This document shows, piece by piece, positions 58,089 to 64,000 of a stretch of DNA of 64,000 nucleotides. Position 1 is the first letter of the stretch, and each line of letters starts with the position of its first letter. The notes beneath the pieces are model-generated. The model had not been told where the DNA came from. It made no database searches and saw only the letters and a program-made list of their open reading frames with translations. Made by a program: the position numbers and the translations under genes. The DNA is from Chrysomallon squamiferum (taxonomy: Eukaryota; Animalia; Mollusca), in the NCBI GenBank assembly GCA_012295275.1, contig CM022670.1, positions 23,064,001-23,128,000 on the forward strand, given 5' to 3'.

Positions 58089-60830
58089 TATAATTATTTC
58101 CTTATGGTATATTTAGATACTGTAATAGTGTCTATTAAGGTAGGAAATTATATATATCTCTACTGTATATTTTGATAATTTTATAGTGTGTATCAACTCA
58201 GGGCAGTATAATATTTTCTTACTGTACGTCCATATTCTTTCACTGTGTTTGCTGAGATAGGAAAATATAATATGTTTGTACTGTAGATAAAAGTCGAAAA
58301 AGTCTTTTAAAAAAAACAACTTTAAAAGATACTTCTCGTTCATGAACTGAAACATCCGTCGAATTCTGCTCGTTCACTCATTGTTTTAATTTTTATATAA
58401 TAAAGATGTTGCCTTAATAGGAGTCACTTCGTTCATCCTTCAACTCATTTACTTTATATTCTTTTTTATTGTAAATTTAAAATAATAATAATAATAATAA
58501 TCTTAAACTGTATGAGTGATTTTATCTTAATTAATTTACAAAATAATATTATTAACGCACAAAATTTATAAAAACTTATTTTAAAATGAAAAGAAATTCA
58601 TATTAAACTATATATAATTACACAGAATCAAAATATTTTAGAATTCGACGAAGAAATAAAATAAAAACAAAACAAAAAATAAACATTAAAGGATACAGTC
58701 TCTTAAATTGTTTGACGAGATGGGTTACATTTAGATTTGATCCCAGAATCTTAGTTGCTATGGCCAGTGACCTTTCTCATTTACTGAAGATACCAGCATG
58801 GGATCATTTCTGAAACCAGTAATGGTACTCAGAATCAGACAAATGTTTATTTTATGTGGTTTCTCTAACTCTAAACGCCATAAAACATGTTTTTATTTGG
58901 CGGGTTTTATCCTATACTTAAAGCAATGTCATCACTTGATGGAATTAACTCCGTCCAGCCAAAACACAGGGTGACTGTACATTAGTATCGAACTTAGGAG
59001 TACGGCCAAATTGAACGGCAGAAATAATTAAGTATACGTAATGAGATTATTTCTAACTTTTCTATATTTGACTTGGGAATTAGATGCATTCTACGGTAAG
59101 AAAAATATATGATGCAAATTTACGGAAAACACCATGGTTTCAAATTAAATTCCATTTCATTTATAAAGCAATCAGTCAATAAAATAACGATCGTACGCGA
59201 AATGGAACCAGTCGCATCTTGGAGTAGTGTAATCATATGGGAACGGTTGCTAGGCAGCAGGGTGTGAATATGCGTGCATAAAATGTTATTTTGTCATTCT
59301 GCTAAATGAATCAAAGCCACGGTTCCACCGGTGAAAAAAGAAAACAAACAGAAATTACACACACAGGTCAACAGCCGTATAAATTACGATACACGATTAT
59401 TTATCCTGTTTTGTCTGTGCGAGAGTGGTTGACGGAAACGCCACGACATATTAGCTTAATCGACTGGTGGCGAATGTGGCTTCTGATAATAATATATGGC
59501 TGTGTGATTAAACTGTTTGAAATTACCAAGCATGATGCAAGTGGCAATTTACTGAGCGTTTAAATAAAAATAAAATTCTGGGCTTTGCCAGATGGTACTG
59601 TTTGTTAATATCAGTATGAATTAAATTTTGTATATAATGTTTTAGGTTAGGGTGTGGGTTACCTTTAATCACTAATTATGGTATATACCTTCCTTAACAT
59701 CAACATTTTTTTTATCGGTCAACGAAACATTTAAAAAAAAAAAAAAAAAAAAAAATTTTCCGCATTTTAATGTTTGTATTCTTTACAGCATAGTCAGAAA
59801 AATAAATGCTTGTTTAAATCTTGCTGTTTACATTTAACGTTTCAACCGACGTTAGCACTGTCTCGATCGATACCTGTTGTTGTTGCAGCTTCCATAATTC
59901 GAGAGACTGAAATGGCGGCAGTACTGCAACGATGTCCAGTGATGTTTATCCATATGGGCCTATTAAACGAGTTACGCTTCAGTCGTTGGCGGTAAATTAA
60001 AGTGTCTGATGTGCGCCTCATTACAGTTGCCAGAGCAGCAGTGCAGGTGTCGGCTGCTTGCTGTGAAATGCAGATATAATTGCATTTGTTCATGACGTCA
60101 AAGGACAAAATTTCATGTCACCACAAAAATTTAATGACTTTTCTTTTCTTTTCTTTTTTTCAAATCTAAGCTCACAGCTCTCATTTGATGAAGTTCCATT
60201 ACATTATTTTATAAAGTATATTTTAAGCCACAGTTTATACTTACATATATATATATTTTTTTATTTATTTATAATGAATTCATCATTTAATCGTACATAC
60301 CGTTTTCAAGACACTGTAAGGTCACATACTACAGGATCTTGTCGTAACTGCTGTGTTTATTTGTACACTGCCAAAACAGAATAGTTTTTACACGCTGTTT
60401 TACCCTTGTTTTTACCCATCTGTTATACTGTGTAAAACATCTGTTGTACACCCTAAAACAAATGGCCTAATGGCATATTTATATTTATATTACACATACA
60501 TATATTCATACTTGGCACACAGCTGACATTTACATTGTTTACAGTACAGATAATGTTGTAATGATGTTATTTTTCTGTGCCCTCACATTGCAGATAGTAA
60601 ATTTTGTGGCCATTTTTTTTCATTTAGCTCTTGCTTTCTGAAAAGCAAAAACAAAAAAACCCACAAAAACATAAAAACAACAACAAAAAAGTCACAATTC
60701 AGTAGAGGCCATTAAAACCCCAAAACACTTAATAATAATAATAATAATAATGAAAAAAGGATAAAGTCACAATTTTGTATATCAAAATGCATTAATTCAC
60801 GTACTGAATTAAAAGAATGTGACATAATAA

Positions 60831-60940
60831 TTGTTCTTTCCACCAATGTTCCTGAGAAAAGTTCATGATGTCAGCATGAACAATAATCTGCATATAAACA
60901 ACTTGTGTGAAAGTTGGAACCTGGTGGGTTGTTCAGTGAC
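60831..60940 (+). pseudogene. Mutator-like (MULE) transposase remnant
   Basis: The translation FFPPMFLRKVHDVSMNNNLHINNLCESWNLVG resembles the invertebrate MULE C-terminal block (FPP..WNVH..T.....RTNN.CEGWN....LVG) around the catalytic E. Confidence 0.5.
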
Positions 60941-61173
60941 AGGTTCAGTGACACTATATGCAGCCTGTGTGTTGATTGTCTTGAGGTTGACAAGACTGGC
61001 AGAGAATTTCTCTGTGGAATTGGCTGGAACATCCGTTTAAACCACCAACTTTGAAAATAAAGATCATTCACAAAAACTCTCAGTGACAGAATCTTCAGTT
61101 TCCTCTTAATATATTGTTTTCTATTAGAAGTTGTTGACTTCCCCCTGTGGCTGTTTTCCTAGATTCACATTAA

Positions 61174-61224
<51 letters not shown>

Positions 61225-63379
61225 GTTTTTATAAGCTGACATAATGATCAATATATCAACATGGTTTATGGTTTGTATAAACTTAAATTGCTGTCTGGTA
61301 TTGCATTTATGTTTGCAATAATAGCAATTGAATATTAATATATAACACCTTCGAACATTTATATTTATTGAACTTCCATCTGTTACAATAATGGTGCTCT
61401 TTTTTCCTCTTTCTTTCTTTTTTTTTTTTTTTACTTTTGTTAGTTCTCTATATGCCCTTGGTTTCTCTTTTTTATTAATTTATATAATTCTGTCTCTATT
61501 AATAAGTTCAAATCAATGAATTTACAATTTTTGGATTGACATCTGCTGTGAAAGTTAGGTTAATGTGAAAAAAAACCATTTTGGTAATTATATAATAAAA
61601 CATTCTTCAGAGATATAACAAATCAAATTAAAGAATATTAGATGATCTAAGAAAAAAGTATATTTTTATAGAATTATTCCTGAACTTTAGAAATAATGCT
61701 AGAAAAAAAAACTACCGTGAATGTAAACAGATGTAGTGAATGATGAGAAACAAGCAACTTTTTTGTTAATCAGCATTCTCAAAAATTGTAATTTAAAATT
61801 GTTGATATCTGAATGAAGATTAGAAAGAACTGATCCCTTGAGAATGGTGTCTAGTGTTTTAACATGATAAATAAACAAATAAATGATAGACTATTTTGGT
61901 CTGTTTCCAATGTTCTTACAATAAGTAAAGAATTTTTATCTGTAACACTAAAGTTAGTAACACTGGAGAGAATAGAAATACTTACTAGTTTATACACAGA
62001 CGATAAAATAGAGAACATTCATTTGACGTTCCATATTATGAAGTTGTTACATTATTCTTATTTTATGAAAGGGTCATACTTGGCCATTATAAACAAATGT
62101 TTGACTATACAATTGGAATTTAGATTCTGGAATACTTCACTTATTGACATAAATCTATCCATTTGCAGTTAAAAAAACATGAACAAATATATATCAAGTT
62201 ACCCTGCCAAATACATATGAAAACAAACTTAGTGTCAGACATATCCTTTCCTATTTGAATATGCGCAGTAATCTTAAATACCTATAAATACCTGTTTCAT
62301 GCTAAAATGTTTGTCAGTTTTAGCAAGAAGGTGAAAGTAAAATTTTATTACTTGAGAATGTCAGTTAAATTTGTAGATGTCAGAGAAATGGTTCCAGTAC
62401 TGCAAAATTTAAAATAATAATAATTCTTATCAATTAACCCAGTAGAGCTATCTTTAATCACACTTCTTTCTTTTCTTGAATCAGATTTTATTTTATATAA
62501 TTACTGAACTGATTTATTACTGTATTTTGTCAAAGAGAACCAACCACAAATGTGTAATTAAACAAATAGTAATAAAAAGATTTTTAAAAATTTAATGAGC
62601 ACTGTATCTCCAGTAGAATGTGACGCAACTATAAATACATTTTCAAAAGGAATAACAATTATAGCTGGTGTGGAAAGGAGATTTTGAACAAACAGTTACA
62701 TTTGTTAATATTTGTAATATCATTATATGGGTGGTGTTAACAGTAATCAATATATTTAGTATGTGTAGCGATGTCTCTGGAGATCCTTCATCAGCAGTCT
62801 AAATTAGTTACTTTCCAGTAAAAACAAGAAATCGACCGTGTAGTGTTTGCTAATCATTACTAGGACTGCAGCGGACAGCTTTGGCGATATAACTTTGATT
62901 CATCTGCCCACATTGGCCTGTCGAAATGAAACAAGAATGACCGATTTTTCTGTCAGCTGATGACCAGGAAGACTGGGAGTAAATTTGTTGCAGTCATGCG
63001 CAAGTTCTTTTGTTAACGAAAATAGAACCAATCGGTCTTTTAAACAATTTTTTCTCCCATTTTAAACCTTAATTAATATTCTTTCTTCTTTTAAAAATAA
63101 AATTAAAATAATACAAAAATAACACCCATATATTAACTAACACATTTTACAAAAACAAAACAAATTAAGTATTTTCAGATTTTGGAGAAAATGTCTGCCA
63201 GTAAATCATTGTGTTTCTGGTAATTAGTTGCCATCCTGTTATTGACCCTAGCTGATAAAATCATTAAACAAGAAACTGACTGACAAATCTATGCAGTTTT
63301 CTTCAAGTTGCCCTTTATAAATTCATGTTGAGTTTTTTCCTTAACTAAGTATGAAGCTGGACCAGTGTCAACAGATGCG

Positions 63380-63720
63380 TATCTTGTTAATCCTCAAACA
63401 CAGATCTTGGGAGATGTCTGTCGTTATAATCATCTTTCTCCACTTGATTGCAAATCTGGCTTGGCGGCCAGTCAAGTTATCCATTTGGTAAAGTTGTGAG
63501 AGTATCATCTTCCAGCCCACTGATCTATATAATCTCTCAGTCTGGTATCAGTCCATGTGTGGCATCCATTTCTCTTTGAAGCATCCTCTTCCACATCCAT
63601 TATTACAAGACGTGCTAATAGCTTGCATTGATTTGTGCTTACAATGTAAAACTTGGACCATATTGTGTGCAGTTGTTTCACATTTTCCTTGACAATGGCA
63701 TCTTAGATATCAATTTTCTA
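63380..63720 (-). pseudogene. Highly decayed 3' end of an RTE-like LINE
   Basis: Frameshifted minus-strand peptides GRGCFKEKWM, DYIDQWAGR and ILSQLYQM...KWRKMI recall the RTE C-terminus (RRGRP..W.D.I.EW.G..L..L...A.DR..WR). Confidence 0.35.
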
Positions 63721-64000
63721 AACAACCATGACCTTTTGTAAGAGCATCAAAACAGTATTTTGGAATGCTAACAAAGAGGAGTCAGTTGTTTCACACATTG
63801 GTTATCATAAACATCATTTTGCATTTGTACCCATTTGTTTTGACTTCATAAATCTGTTTTAGATTAGTAAAAGAGAGAGTATTTCTGCAGGTGCACTTAG
63901 GTTTTTGTCTGTTTGTGTTTATCAGAATTCTTTTTATAAATATTTTATAAATAGGCAATGTTTTCTGTACAAACAATAGAAATTCATCTTTCCTTTTGTT

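Larger units (their letters stand above)
51998..64000 (+). other. Intron of the Kv2/Shab gene, continuing beyond the window
   Basis: GTAAGT donor at 51998-52003. I saw no S1-encoding exon (expected to resemble xIAVISILFIVLST) in the remaining 12 kb or in the ORF track. Confidence 0.8.

Noticed and set aside
59640-59662. Telomere-like TTAGG/TTAGGG
   Set aside because: Only about two units, which is compatible with chance.

Overview
This is AT-rich, microsatellite-dense eukaryotic DNA with no prokaryotic features (no operons, CRISPR arrays or rRNA). It is most likely from a mollusc, probably a gastropod; this is inferred from the channel sequence and from SINE fragments recalled from memory. 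The only convincing protein-coding sequence is the large T1-domain exon of a Shab/Kv2 voltage-gated K+ channel (+ strand, about 51077-51997). It ends at a canonical GTAAGT donor at the intron position also used in vertebrate KCNB1. I found no S1-S6 exons downstream, so they lie beyond the window. Nearly all other ORFs in the track are microsatellite or low-complexity artefacts. The 51 kb upstream contains candidate alternative first exons whose phases fit tandem acceptors at the Kv2 exon, CpG-rich islands with CRE/octamer motifs and a strong GC hairpin, and several minisatellites (two with higher-order structure). It also has a hAT MITE with recognisable ends and target-site duplication (TSD), decayed SINE copies, a 26-bp near-perfect inverted repeat and a local duplication. 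The intron downstream of the exon holds a Tc1/mariner-type MITE and MULE and RTE relics. I found no evidence for a wholly new biological system. The best leads concern Kv2 5'-end diversity and the repeat architecture.
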